Shown here piece after piece: positions 9,543 to 19,071 of a stretch of 64,000 nucleotides of DNA. This DNA is from an uncultured Planctomycetota bacterium (GTDB lineage: Bacteria; Planctomycetota; PLA2; JAEUHO01), in the NCBI GenBank assembly GCA_963752285.1, contig CAVVXN010000002.1, positions 128,001 through 192,000 of the forward strand, read 5' to 3'. The notes under the pieces were generated by a model, which was given only the letters and a program-made list of their open reading frames with translations, was not told where the DNA came from and did no database searches. A program made the position numbers and the translations under genes. Numbering within the stretch: the first letter of the stretch is position 1; the number at the start of each line of letters is the position of its first letter.

Positions 9543-10343
9543 CTACCCACCCGATTGCGTGTTTGTGGTCGCGGACCGGCGGCCGCGGCGACGACGAAGC
9601 CCCACGAATCCCACGGTTCCCAGTCCCAGCAAGGTCAGCGTCGCCGGCTCGGGGACCGGCGTCGGGGCGAAGGCATCGAGCTCGGCGACGCGCGCACCCT
9701 GGTTGGTGGGATTCTGAAACCAGGCCTGGAAGGTCTGCGCGGTGAAGTCGGGGACGTCCACGTTCCACTGGATGAAATTGGCCAGGGTGGACTCCTGGGT
9801 CCCCGTGCCGCCGTATTGCGAGACCGGCTGGGAATACCCGAGTGGACGCTGGAATTGGGCGGAGTAGACGAGGACCATCCCTGAGCCGAGGTCCGCGTAG
9901 AGCGAGAAGTACTGAACGCCGCGATGCCAGTCGTAGTCGCTGTCCGAGGCGGCCGTCAACGTGAAGCGATCGACGGTGACGGGCGCGGCGGTCTGGAACG
10001 TGACCGACGTCCAGTAGGGGGTCGAGGCGGAGTCATAGAAGATCGTGTTCCCCGGTTCGACGGAACCGTAGGTCCCTCCGAGCATGTTCCGCAGGTCCGA
10101 GCCGGTAACCGTGGAGCTCCCGGTGACCACGGTCGTGCCCTGGGACACGTCCCAGAGGTCGTCCGAGGTGATGGCGTCGGCCCGGGCGACGGCGGGAAGC
10201 AGGGCCATGGCGAGGAAGGGGGCCAGGAGGAAGGTTGCGGGACGGCCGGCTCGGCCGATCGGAAGAACCACCCGATGGGCGGTCGATCCGACACGGCGGA
10301 TGGGCTTCCGGCGAGGCGAGGGACCAGAGGTGATCGACGGCAT
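9543..10343 (-). CDS. PEP-CTERM sorting-domain protein
   Basis: Signal ending VARA-DAIT; Ser/Thr-rich body; PVPEPATLTLLGLGTVGFVGLRRRR. Confidence 0.9.
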   Translation of the reverse strand: MPSITSGPSPRRKPIRRVGSTAHRVVLPIGRAGRPATFLLAPFLAMALLPAVARADAITSDDLWDVSQGTTVVTGSSTVTGSDLRNMLGGTYGSVEPGNTIFYDSASTPYWTSVTFQTAAPVTVDRFTLTAASDSDYDWHRGVQYFSLYADLGSGMVLVYSAQFQRPLGYSQPVSQYGGTGTQESTLANFIQWNVDVPDFTAQTFQAWFQNPTNQGARVAELDAFAPTPVPEPATLTLLGLGTVGFVGLRRRRGRRSATTNTQSGG

Positions 10344-10739
10344 GGGGGGCTCCACAGCTCGGGGGGGTGAGCCTCCCGCACTCCCAATGGCGGGCTCGCC
10401 TCGGAACCGGACATGGGAAGCCAGGCGCCGACGATTTGACGCCTCGCACGGCAGCCCGACGCATCGACGTACGCGAAGGACTCGGGCCAGCCGGCGAACG
10501 CAGGGTGGAGGCCGTCCAGCACCTGGCGCACGCGCTTGGCGCTCCCGCCGTAGACCTGGCTCGAAGACCTCGCGTCCGGTCGGCGCGGAGCGCCCGGGAT
10601 CGGCGGGCGGCGTGTGGGCCGAGGAGAGGGACGAGGGACGGGCTCTCCCTGGCGACGCCCGGGGGCGGGGCGCCTCGAGACGGCCGAGGGCCTCCACCCG
10701 GGGCACCCAGGCCACCTCGTCGGTCGCGGCCTCGGGATC

Positions 10740-13700
10740 TCAACCGGCCGCCGCTCCCGCCTCGACGATCGCTTGGTGGAGGAAGACCTTGGTAAGCATG
10801 GATGCACGACACTCCGGCGGCGCGCGTTCGACGAGCAGGTCGAGCCGCCGGCGGGCGTCCGCGAGGTGTGCGGGGTCGCCGGTCGCCTGCCAGAGCGCGA
10901 AGCGCGCTTCCATGGCCCACGTGGCCGGGAGCCGGCGCCCGTATCGCTCCAGCCTTTCGATCGCCAGGGCCGCGGTGCCCCCCGGCAGCGAGGCCGCGTG
11001 GGCGGTGGCGAGGACCGAGAGCTCCGCGTGCGCACCGCCCTGCGGCGCCCGTAGCACGGCGGCGAAATCGGCTCGCGCCTCCTCGACGCGGCCGAGCCGT
11101 TCGAGGAGGACGCCGCGGGACAGTCGCGTCTCCGCCGCGGCGACGGCGTCTCCGAGGCCCTCGCGAATGGCGAGCGCTCTCTCGAACGCCGAGAACGCGC
11201 GCTGGGGATCGCCCGACTCCCGCTCCAGCTCGCCGAGGTGGTGCCACGCGAGGCTCTCCGACAGACGAGCTCCGAGACGATCGAGGGCCTCGATGCCCCG
11301 CTCGAGACACTCGTGGGCCTCGGCGGCGAGGCCCAGCGCGGTCAGGACGCCACCCAGCCACACCTGGTTCGTGGCGAGCGCGCGGTGCGCCTGGATCTCG
11401 CGCGCCAGCGCGAGCCCCCGCTCGTAGCCGGTCCGGGCGGCTCCGAGGTGCCCCACGCGGTGGGACTCGATCGCGAGGCTCAGGATGGCGTACATCTCAC
11501 CGCGTCGGCTGCCGAGCTGGCGGCAGAGCGCGGCGCTGCGCTCCTGCCACTCCGTGGTCGGGCCCGGTGTGATTCCTCCTCCGCCCGAACCGTCCGCGTC
11601 CTCGACCCGGGCGCCGCAGAGGCGCGCGAACTCGAGCGCCTTCTCCGCCGTCTCGAGTCGCGCACGCTCCCGGGACGTCGCGCCGAGCACCTCCGCGAGC
11701 GAGCCGGCGGCCCGGAACCGCGTCTCGATGTCCCCGGACTCGCCCGTGAGATGGACCGCCTCCGCCGCCGTCGCGCAGGCGTCTTGGGTGCGGCCGAGCC
11801 TCCACAGGGCCGCCGCACGGCTGCACAGGGCGTCCGCGCGGGCGCCGGGGGCGAGGGGCCGTGCAAGCCCGAGCGCGAGGTCGCAGAGCCGCACGCCCGC
11901 CTCCAGCCGGTCCTGCGCCTCCAGATGAGCGAAGGCCGCGGCGAGATACCGCTCCGCGCGCGCGCCCAGACCTCCGAGGAGGAAGTGCTCGGCGAGCGCG
12001 ACGCAGAGGTTTCCCTCGAGGTCCTGCGCAACCATGGACGCGGCGCCGGCGCGCGCCTCGAGCGCGTCTCCGATCGCGGCGTGGTATGCGGCCCGCAAGG
12101 GCTCGGAGAGACGCGCGACGATCGTCTCCTGCACGACGTGGTGGTCGAAGGTGCAGAGCGCGCCGACGGACCGGACGAGGCGGTGTGAACGTTCGATTCT
12201 CGCGAGCCGCTGCAGGAGAACGAGGGGCGGGACACCGGCGGCGTGACTCACGAGGAGCGGGTCGAACTCGAACCCGCAACACGCCGCGACGTCCAGGGCC
12301 TCGCGCTCCTCGGGATCGAGCCCCGAGAGGCGGGCCTCCACGACCCCGACGAGCGACGGGGGCACCCGCGCCTCGCGGAGCCCGTCCGTCGTGATCCACG
12401 TTCCGTCGGGCCGTCGCGTGAGGAACCGACCCTCCTTGAGACCTCGCAGGATCTCGAACACGAAGAACGGGTTCCCGTCCGACTTCGCGGCGATCTGGAA
12501 GGTCAGGTCCTCGGCGAGATGCTCCGAGCCGAGGGCGTCCACGAGCAGTCGTGTGAGGTCCTTGGGGCCGAGCCGGGCCGGCACGAGGCGCGTGAGGGCG
12601 AGCTCGCCCTCGAGGCTCGACCGCCACGCGGGCGGGAGTCCCGGCCTGGAGGTGCCGATCAGGAGGAGGCGGTGGCCGCGTCCCCCGAACGCCAGCGCGG
12701 CGAAGAGGCCACGGGCTTCCTCCGTTGCGAAGTGCAGGTCTTCGATCCAGACGATCGTCGGACGTTCCGCCGCGAGGGAGCGAGCGACGTGCACGAACGC
12801 CGCCTGGAGCGCGTCCCGGCCGAGCGGCTCCTCGTGGGCCGGTCTCGGCTCGCCGCGAAGGTGGGCGGCGAACGCCTGGACGAGACCCGGCGCCTGGGCC
12901 AGACGAGGCCGCAGGGCGTCCTCGAGGCCGAGCTCGCCGAAGTGCTCCAGGAAGGCGGAGGCGAGGGCGCCCGTTGCGGTCGCCGCCCCCCCGGGGGGGT
13001 GGGTGCCGATGAGGAGGGTCATGGGCTCCCCCTCGCGCTCGAGACGCCCCACGAACTCGTCCACGACGCGGCTCTTCCCGATCCCCGCCTCCCCTTCGAC
13101 GAGGACCACCTGCCCCTCGCCGGCTTTGGCGCGCGCGTAGAGGCCGCCGAGCCTCCGGAGCTCCTCGTCCCTGCCATAGAGCGCCGTGTCCCGCGGCGCT
13201 CGCATGCGCCGCGGCGCGCGCTGGCCGGCGCGTCGGACCGCTTGGGATCGCTGGCGCCACCACGCCGACCCCTCGCCGTCCTCGAGGACGGTCAGGACAT
13301 CGTCGGCGGAGACCGGACGGCCGTGGGGGTCCTTGGCGAGCAGCTCGTGGACCAGCGCTTCGAAGAAGGGGCTCAGCTGCGGCTCGATTTCCGAGCACGG
13401 GCGGGGCGTTTCTTCTGCGATCTTCCGGAGGACGACGCGCACGTCGTCGTGCCGGAATGGATGAACTCCCGTCGCCATCTCGTAGAGCAGGAGGCCCAGG
13501 GCGAAGAGGTCCACGCGGACCGTGACGGCGCCGCCCGCGCACAGCTGCTCGGGCGCCGCGTAGAGGAGCGAGCCGACGAACGCTCCCGTCTGCGAGATGG
13601 CCGCCGCGTCGTCCGTCAGGCGTGCGACGCCGAGGTCCATGAGCTTGACGAGATGGTCCTTCGTGATGAGCACGTTCTCGGGCTTCAGATCCCGGTGCAC

Positions 13701-14309
13701 GGCACCGACGGCGTGGACCGCGGAAAGGGCACGCGCCACCTCGCGTCCGACGTGACGGCAAAGTTCCTCGGGAACGCGACCGAGCTCTTCGATGAAGCTT
13801 CGGAGCGTCTGCCCCTCGACGTGCTCCAGGACGAGAAAGTGCTCCGAGACGCCGCCCGCGACCGCGGTGCCGCACGTATGGGTGCGAACGACGTTTCGGT
13901 GGACCGCGCGCTGCCCGATCTCGACCTCCCGTCGGAAGCGCTCGAGGAACCCGTGGCGCCGCAGCAGGTGGCGGTGGACCACCTTCACCGCGACGAGGGT
14001 GCCCCGCGCGAGGCCGGCGACCTCGCCGACGACCTCCGCCCGGTAGACCGTCCCCATGCCGCCGGAGCCGATCTCGGCGACGAGGCGGTAGGGCCCCAGA
14101 CGTCCCTCCCGGGCGGGTCGCGCCCTGGCGGGCAGCTCGTCCTCGAGAACCTCGTCGAGGAGCGCGAGCGCGTGAATACGGGCGCGCAGCTCGTCGGCGA
14201 CGTCGGGGTTCGCCAGGAGGATGCGGTCGGCCTCGGCCATCGCGCCCTGCTCGCGGTGCGCGAACCACGCCTCGAAGAGGGCTTCGACGCGCTCGCCCGC
14301 CCTGGTCAC
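10740..14309 (-). CDS. Ser/Thr protein kinase with AAA (P-loop) ATPase and TPR domains
   Basis: GSGGMGTVY, HRDLKPEN, DLG, APE; GEAGIGKS Walker A; IEDLH Walker B; helical TPR C-terminus. GTG start overlaps the sigma stop (GTGA). Confidence 0.92.
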   Translation of the reverse strand: MTRAGERVEALFEAWFAHREQGAMAEADRILLANPDVADELRARIHALALLDEVLEDELPARARPAREGRLGPYRLVAEIGSGGMGTVYRAEVVGEVAGLARGTLVAVKVVHRHLLRRHGFLERFRREVEIGQRAVHRNVVRTHTCGTAVAGGVSEHFLVLEHVEGQTLRSFIEELGRVPEELCRHVGREVARALSAVHAVGAVHRDLKPENVLITKDHLVKLMDLGVARLTDDAAAISQTGAFVGSLLYAAPEQLCAGGAVTVRVDLFALGLLLYEMATGVHPFRHDDVRVVLRKIAEETPRPCSEIEPQLSPFFEALVHELLAKDPHGRPVSADDVLTVLEDGEGSAWWRQRSQAVRRAGQRAPRRMRAPRDTALYGRDEELRRLGGLYARAKAGEGQVVLVEGEAGIGKSRVVDEFVGRLEREGEPMTLLIGTHPPGGAATATGALASAFLEHFGELGLEDALRPRLAQAPGLVQAFAAHLRGEPRPAHEEPLGRDALQAAFVHVARSLAAERPTIVWIEDLHFATEEARGLFAALAFGGRGHRLLLIGTSRPGLPPAWRSSLEGELALTRLVPARLGPKDLTRLLVDALGSEHLAEDLTFQIAAKSDGNPFFVFEILRGLKEGRFLTRRPDGTWITTDGLREARVPPSLVGVVEARLSGLDPEEREALDVAACCGFEFDPLLVSHAAGVPPLVLLQRLARIERSHRLVRSVGALCTFDHHVVQETIVARLSEPLRAAYHAAIGDALEARAGAASMVAQDLEGNLCVALAEHFLLGGLGARAERYLAAAFAHLEAQDRLEAGVRLCDLALGLARPLAPGARADALCSRAAALWRLGRTQDACATAAEAVHLTGESGDIETRFRAAGSLAEVLGATSRERARLETAEKALEFARLCGARVEDADGSGGGGITPGPTTEWQERSAALCRQLGSRRGEMYAILSLAIESHRVGHLGAARTGYERGLALAREIQAHRALATNQVWLGGVLTALGLAAEAHECLERGIEALDRLGARLSESLAWHHLGELERESGDPQRAFSAFERALAIREGLGDAVAAAETRLSRGVLLERLGRVEEARADFAAVLRAPQGGAHAELSVLATAHAASLPGGTAALAIERLERYGRRLPATWAMEARFALWQATGDPAHLADARRRLDLLVERAPPECRASMLTKVFLHQAIVEAGAAAG

Positions 14310-14935
14310 GCGCCGCCTCCCTCGCGGGTCATCTGCCGGGTGAACGCCGACACCGCGCGCGCGTAGGCCTTGCGCACGGCGTCGTCCGAGCGTCCCAGAC
14401 GGCGGGCCGCCTCGCTCAGGCGGAGCCCTTCGCCGTGAACGAGCCGGAGGATCTGCCGGTGGGCGGGCGAGAGCACGTCGATCGTCCTGTGGACGCTCCG
14501 CCGCGTCTCCTCCGCCATCGCGATCGAGCTGGGGGTCGGAGTCGCTCTCGACGGGAGCCCTTGGACCCCGCTCTCGGAGGGCTGCCTCACCTCGCGCCGC
14601 GCCGAGCGCTTGCCCGTGCCGAGGTGTCGGCGGACCTGCTCGCGCACCTTGTTCTCGAGGATCTTCGCGATCCACCGTCCGAACGACCCTTCGCCGCGGT
14701 CCGTGAAGTCCGCCAGGCGCAGGAACGCGGTCAGGTAGGCCTCCTGGAGGACGTCGGAGGCCGAGACCTTGCCGCGCAGGAGCGAGGGCAGCCGTGCGCG
14801 GACGCGCGCGCGGAGCCGCGCGACGTGGCGGTCGAAGAGCACCGCCGCCGCCCTCTCGTCGCCGCTCCGGGCCCGCCGGACGAGCTCCTCGTCCGTGGCC
14901 CCCGCCTCCGGTTCCGGAACGACCTCCGATCCCAC
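14306..14935 (-). CDS. ECF RNA polymerase sigma factor (Planctomycete-type)
   Basis: DEELVRRARSGD, LRGKVSASDVLQEAYL, SFGRWI, sigma4 HTH (EGLRLSEAARRLGRS). Confidence 0.9.
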   Translation of the reverse strand: MGSEVVPEPEAGATDEELVRRARSGDERAAAVLFDRHVARLRARVRARLPSLLRGKVSASDVLQEAYLTAFLRLADFTDRGEGSFGRWIAKILENKVREQVRRHLGTGKRSARREVRQPSESGVQGLPSRATPTPSSIAMAEETRRSVHRTIDVLSPAHRQILRLVHGEGLRLSEAARRLGRSDDAVRKAYARAVSAFTRQMTREGGGA

Positions 14936-15020
14936 GGGGGCGGGATCCTAGGGCCTCGGACCGGGAACCGCAAGTCGCCCCGACGCACGCGACGGCCCGG
15001 CCCCCTGCGCGGGCCGGCAC

Positions 15021-15476
15021 CTACGCCCGGGCGCGGGTGGCCGCCCGGCTCTGGCGCCAGGCGGGCCGCGGGTCGTCCGTGGTGAAGCAGGGGACGAGCC
15101 CGGCGGGGTCCAGGTACTCCCGAAATCGCGCGATCCGGCCGCCCTCGAGGTCGAAGACCTGGACCCACTCGTAGTGGAACGGCTTCTGGGTCTTGATCGC
15201 TCGCCCCCGCGTCTCCCCGATGACCACCACGCGGCCCGGGCGGGCGAACCGGTCGTGGAGGCGGTAGCCGTCGTACGCCACGAAGGGGTCTCGGAGGGCC
15301 ATGAACTGCCGGACGCCGTCGTAGCCCGAGTACACCGGCTCGAACGGGATGTACGGCACCTCCGGGACCTCGAAGGTAACGTCGGGGGTCATCGTGGCGA
15401 GGAGCCCGTCCAGGTCGCCGCGTCCGAACGCGGCGTAGAACTCGGCGACGACGTCCAGCTCGGTCGGGTCGGCCAC
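15021..15476 (-). CDS. SnoaL-like / NTF2-fold protein
   Basis: FYAAFGRGDLDGLLA...PDV, G.DGVRQF, GGRIARFREYLD. Confidence 0.85.
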   Translation of the reverse strand: MADPTELDVVAEFYAAFGRGDLDGLLATMTPDVTFEVPEVPYIPFEPVYSGYDGVRQFMALRDPFVAYDGYRLHDRFARPGRVVVIGETRGRAIKTQKPFHYEWVQVFDLEGGRIARFREYLDPAGLVPCFTTDDPRPAWRQSRAATRARA

Positions 15477-15482
15477 ACGCGG

Positions 15483-15511
15483 ATCGTACCGACCCGCGTC
15501 TCCGCCTGCAA
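15483..15511 (-). promoter_or_regulatory. Putative sigma70 promoter giving a leaderless SnoaL mRNA
   Basis: TTGCAG-N17-TACGAT, then 6 nt, then the GTG start; no RBS. Confidence 0.55.
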
Positions 15512-15537
15512 AGCCCCCCGGGCGGGGGCCGGGGACC

Positions 15538-16323
15538 GCAGGCGCGCGCCGCGGGACGCCGACGGGAGCGGCGGCGGAGCCCGCCGAGAGCGAGGAGGCC
15601 GAGGCCCGCGATGGCGAGGGTACCCGGCTCGGGGACGGGGTCCGCGCCGAGCGCGAGGCTGACGCCTCCGGACACCTCGAAGCTGCCGGGGAAGGTCGTG
15701 TACGAGCCGGGCAGCAGAGCCGAGTACAGCCTGTACGTGCCGGGGGCGAGGGTTCCGGCCAGGCTGCCGGTGCTCGAGATGTGGGCCGACGTCCCGGTGT
15801 ACGTGACGGAGGTGAGCGTGGTCACTCCGTTGTCCACGTAGTAGTGGTACGCGTACACGTTCGACAGCTGTGAGCTGTTCGTCACGTCGTACAGCGAGAT
15901 GTACCAGTTGAAGGACGCCGCCGCGGTGTGCGTCGGGTCCGCGTCGCCGTACGCGAGCTGACCCTCGAGGGTATACGGCGTGCTCTCCGCCACGATGAAG
16001 GCCACGTAGGCGTAGGCGTCTCCTCCGGCGCTGGTCGGGCCCGGCCACGACGCACCAAGGCCGATGTCGATCGACGTGTCGCCGACGGCCCAGTCCACGT
16101 GAAGCGAGACCGACCCGTCCACCGCGTCCTCGGACCCCGTGGCCGTCATCGCGGGCGTCGTGGTCCCGCTCAGGTAGTGGCTCACGCTCGACCCGCTGGA
16201 ATCGCTCGCATAGGCGGACCCGTAGGACCCCGCGGGCTGGAAGGTGATCGAGTCGGCTCGCGCTGCGCGGCCGACCAGCCCGATCGAGGCCAACACCAGG
16301 ACCGCTTGCATCGCCCTCGGCAT
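15538..16323 (-). CDS. PEP-CTERM protein (expected stop missing; 3' end uncertain)
   Basis: AARA-DSIT signal; PVPEPGTLAIAGLGLLALGGLRRRSRRR. There is no stop after the Arg cluster: an in-frame TGC sits at 15538-15540 and the frame stays open to 14731. Confidence 0.8.
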
Positions 16324-16446
16324 GGGACCGCTTCCCCGCGGCTCCGCGAGCCGCCGCACCGGGAGGCGACGGTGTCCGCCCCCCGACCTCCCGTGGCGGT
16401 TCGCCGCCGAAACCGGACGCCCCCTCCGGGTCCTTGGTCCCGGGGC

Positions 16447-16626
16447 GCCCGGCGCGGTCAGAGCGGGATGTTCCCGTGCTTCTTCGGGGGGTTTCGGTCG
16501 CGCTTCGTCTCGAGGATCGCGAGGGCCGAGATCAGGCGCGGGCGCGTGCGGCGTGGCTCGATCACGTCGTCGAGGTAGCCGCGCTCGGCCGCGGAGTAGG
16601 GGTTCGCGAAGCGCTCGCGGTAGGCC
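16447..16626 (-). repeat. Direct repeat copy B (3' end of intact pccB)
   Basis: 178/180 identical to 8565-8744. Confidence 0.97.
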
Positions 16627-18008
16627 TCGGTCTTCTCGGCCTCCGTCGCCTCGGGGTCGTTCGCCGCCTCGATCTCCTTCTTGAAGATGATCTCGACGGC
16701 GCCCTTCGAGCCCATCACCGCGACCTCCGCGGTCGGCCAGGCGAGGTTCAGGTCCCCGCGGATGTGCTTCGAGCTCATGACGTCGTACGCGCCCCCGTAG
16801 GCCTTGCGCGTGATCACCGTGAGCTTCGGGACGGTCGCCTCGCAGTACGCGAAGAGCAGCTTCGCGCCGTGCTTGATGATCCCGTTCCACTCCTGGTCGG
16901 TTCCGGGGAGGAATCCGGGCACGTCCTCGAACGTGACGAGCGGGATGTTGAAGCAGTCGCAGAACCGGATGAAGCGCGCGCCCTTCATCGAGGCGTGGAT
17001 GTCGAGGCAGCCGGCGAGCACCTGCGGCTGGTTCGCGATCACGCCCACGACGCGCCCGCCCAGGTGCGCGAACCCCACGACGATGTTCTCGCCGTAGTGC
17101 TCGTGGACCTCGAGGAAGTCCTGGTCGTCCACGACCAGGTGGATCACCTCGCGCATGTCGTAGGGCTTGTTCGGGTCGGAGGGGACGACCGTGTCCAGGC
17201 GCTCGTCCATCCGGTTGGGGTCGTCGGTCGTGGGGCCCGGCGGGGGCATCTCCTGGTTGTTCTGCGGGAGGAACGACAGGAGCCGGCGCAGCAGCGCGAG
17301 GCACGACGCGTCGTCGGCCGCGCGGAAGTGGGCGACCCCCGACTTCTCGGTGTGCGCCGAGGCGCCGCCGAGCTCCTCGTGCGTCACGACCTCGTGCGTG
17401 ACCGTCTTCGTGACGCTCGGTCCCGTCACGTACATGTACGAGGTGCCCTCGACCATCAGGATGAAGTCCGTGATCGCGGGCGAGTAGACCGCGCCGCCCG
17501 CGCACGGCCCCATGACCGCCGAGATCTGCGGGACCACGCCCGAGGCCAAGGTGTTCCGGAGGAAGATGTCGGCGTAGCCCCCGAGCGAGACCACGCCCTC
17601 CTGGATGCGGGCCCCGCCCGAGTCGTTGAGCCCCACGACCGGGCACCCGATCTTCATCGCGAGGTCCATCAGCTTGCAGATCTTCTCGGCGTTCGCGCCC
17701 GAGAGGCTCCCGCCGAAGACCGTGAAGTCCTGCGCGAACACCACGAGCGGCCGGCCGTTCACGCGGCCCCAGCCCCCGACCACGCCGTCGCCGGGGACCG
17801 TCTTCTTCTCCATGCCGAAGTCGCGGCACTGGTGCAGCTTGAAGGGGTCGAACTCCTCGAAGGTCCCCGGGTCGAGGAGCAGGTCGATCCGTTCGCGCGC
17901 CGTGAGCTTTCCGCGTCCGTGCTGGCGCTCGATCGCGCCGGCCCCGCCGCCGAGCATCGCCTGCTCGCGCCGCTGGCGGAGCTCCTCCAGTCGTCCGTCC
18001 TCGTTCAT
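16458..18008 (-). CDS. pccB: Propionyl-CoA carboxylase beta (carboxyltransferase) subunit
   Basis: [64 protein letters not shown] overlap with mce. Confidence 0.93.
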   Translation of the reverse strand: MNEDGRLEELRQRREQAMLGGGAGAIERQHGRGKLTARERIDLLLDPGTFEEFDPFKLHQCRDFGMEKKTVPGDGVVGGWGRVNGRPLVVFAQDFTVFGGSLSGANAEKICKLMDLAMKIGCPVVGLNDSGGARIQEGVVSLGGYADIFLRNTLASGVVPQISAVMGPCAGGAVYSPAITDFILMVEGTSYMYVTGPSVTKTVTHEVVTHEELGGASAHTEKSGVAHFRAADDASCLALLRRLLSFLPQNNQEMPPPGPTTDDPNRMDERLDTVVPSDPNKPYDMREVIHLVVDDQDFLEVHEHYGENIVVGFAHLGGRVVGVIANQPQVLAGCLDIHASMKGARFIRFCDCFNIPLVTFEDVPGFLPGTDQEWNGIIKHGAKLLFAYCEATVPKLTVITRKAYGGAYDVMSSKHIRGDLNLAWPTAEVAVMGSKGAVEIIFKKEIEAANDPEATEAEKTEAYRERFANPYSAAERGYLDDVIEPRRTRPRLISALAILETKRDRNPPKKHGNIPL

Positions 18009-18487
18009 CGAGAGCTTTCCTCGTCGGGCGGCGAACCGGGCGGGGTCCCCGCGGGGGCGGGCTGGCTCAGCTCCGTCAGGATCCCGCCCGCGTCCTTCGG
18101 GTGGAGGAACGCGACGAGCGCGCCGCCGGCGCCCTTCCGCGGCGCCTCGCCGATCGGCTCGATTCCGCGCGCCCGGAGCGCCCGGACCGCCCCGTGGATG
18201 TCCCCGACCCGGTAGCAGACGTGGTGGAGGCCCGGGCCCTTGCGGGCCACGAACCGCCCGACCGGCCCGTCGGGATCCGTCGAGGCCAAGAGCTCGATCC
18301 GGATGCCCCCACCGTCGAACGCCGCGACCTTGACCTTCTCGGAGGGGACCTCCTCCTCGAAGAGGAGCCGGAGGCCGTAGACCTCCTGGAAGAGGGCCTT
18401 TCCCTCCTCGATCGACCTCACGGCCACGCCCAGATGATCCACGGAGCCGACCCCGGCCCCGCCCGAGAGTTCCTGTTCCGGCGTCAT
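18005..18487 (-). CDS. mce: Methylmalonyl-CoA epimerase (VOC family)
   Basis: [38 protein letters not shown]. Confidence 0.9.
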   Translation of the reverse strand: MTPEQELSGGAGVGSVDHLGVAVRSIEEGKALFQEVYGLRLLFEEEVPSEKVKVAAFDGGGIRIELLASTDPDGPVGRFVARKGPGLHHVCYRVGDIHGAVRALRARGIEPIGEAPRKGAGGALVAFLHPKDAGGILTELSQPAPAGTPPGSPPDEESSR

Positions 18488-18591
18488 GGGCCGAAGGGTA
18501 CGCGCTCGGCCGCCGACCCGCCATCCGAGCGGAGGGGGCGCGACAGGTCGCCGCACGGGACGACCCGTTCGGGGCGTCCTAAGTTCTCCTC

Positions 18592-18993
18592 GTGGAAAGA
18601 ACGCTCCTCCTCCTCCTGGCCGCCCTGGTCGCGGGCGGGCTCGCCTACCTGCTCCTCTCGGGCCAGGGCGGTCGCGTGGCGCCGGCCGGGTCCGGGGCCC
18701 GGGCGCCCGCGGAGGTCCCCGAGGACGGCCCGCGTACCGGCACGCTCACCGTCTACGCGACGACCCCGGACGGGAAGGTCGCGAAGGGCACCGAGGTCGG
18801 CTACGTCGAGGGGGACCACGTGCGCCTGCTCTACGCCGGCGAGGACGGCCGCCGCACCTTCGCGGACGCGCCGCTCGGCGACGTCACGGTCGTCGCCAAG
18901 GCCCCCGGCTGTCCCGAGGTCAGGACGCGCCGCTTCCTGACGCCGGGGGTTCCCGAGGAGGTCCGGATGATCCTCCATCCCCAGAAGGACTGA
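18592..18993 (+). CDS. Membrane-anchored hypothetical protein (carboxypeptidase-regulatory-like beta-sandwich)
   Basis: N-terminal TM; GTLTV...DG...GRRTFADAPLGDVTVVAKAPG. Confidence 0.65.
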   Translation: MERTLLLLLAALVAGGLAYLLLSGQGGRVAPAGSGARAPAEVPEDGPRTGTLTVYATTPDGKVAKGTEVGYVEGDHVRLLYAGEDGRRTFADAPLGDVTVVAKAPGCPEVRTRRFLTPGVPEEVRMILHPQKD

Positions 18994-19003
18994 GGGCCTG
19001 CGG

Positions 19004-19033
19004 GTAACTCGCGCGCTCCCCGCGCCACTCCCT
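19004..19033 (+). promoter_or_regulatory. Shared upstream motif, LVIVD copy 1
   Basis: GTAAC-N15-GCCAC-T-CCCT. Confidence 0.6.
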
Positions 19034-19071
19034 GTTCGACGGCCTCGGGTCCGCGGGCGGTGGAGAGCGAC

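Larger units (their letters stand above)
8745..16446. mobile_element. Putative genomic islet inserted at the pccB 3' end (no integrase seen)
   Basis: Bounded by 180-bp direct repeats. Cargo is accessory and reads more AT-rich than the flanks (by eye). It separates pccB from the biotin carboxylase gene. Confidence 0.6.

Noticed and set aside
14731..17829. 1032-aa ORF with an internal PEP-CTERM motif
   Set aside because: It is an alternate frame of pccB joined to the real PEP-CTERM gene, then read-through past a missing stop.
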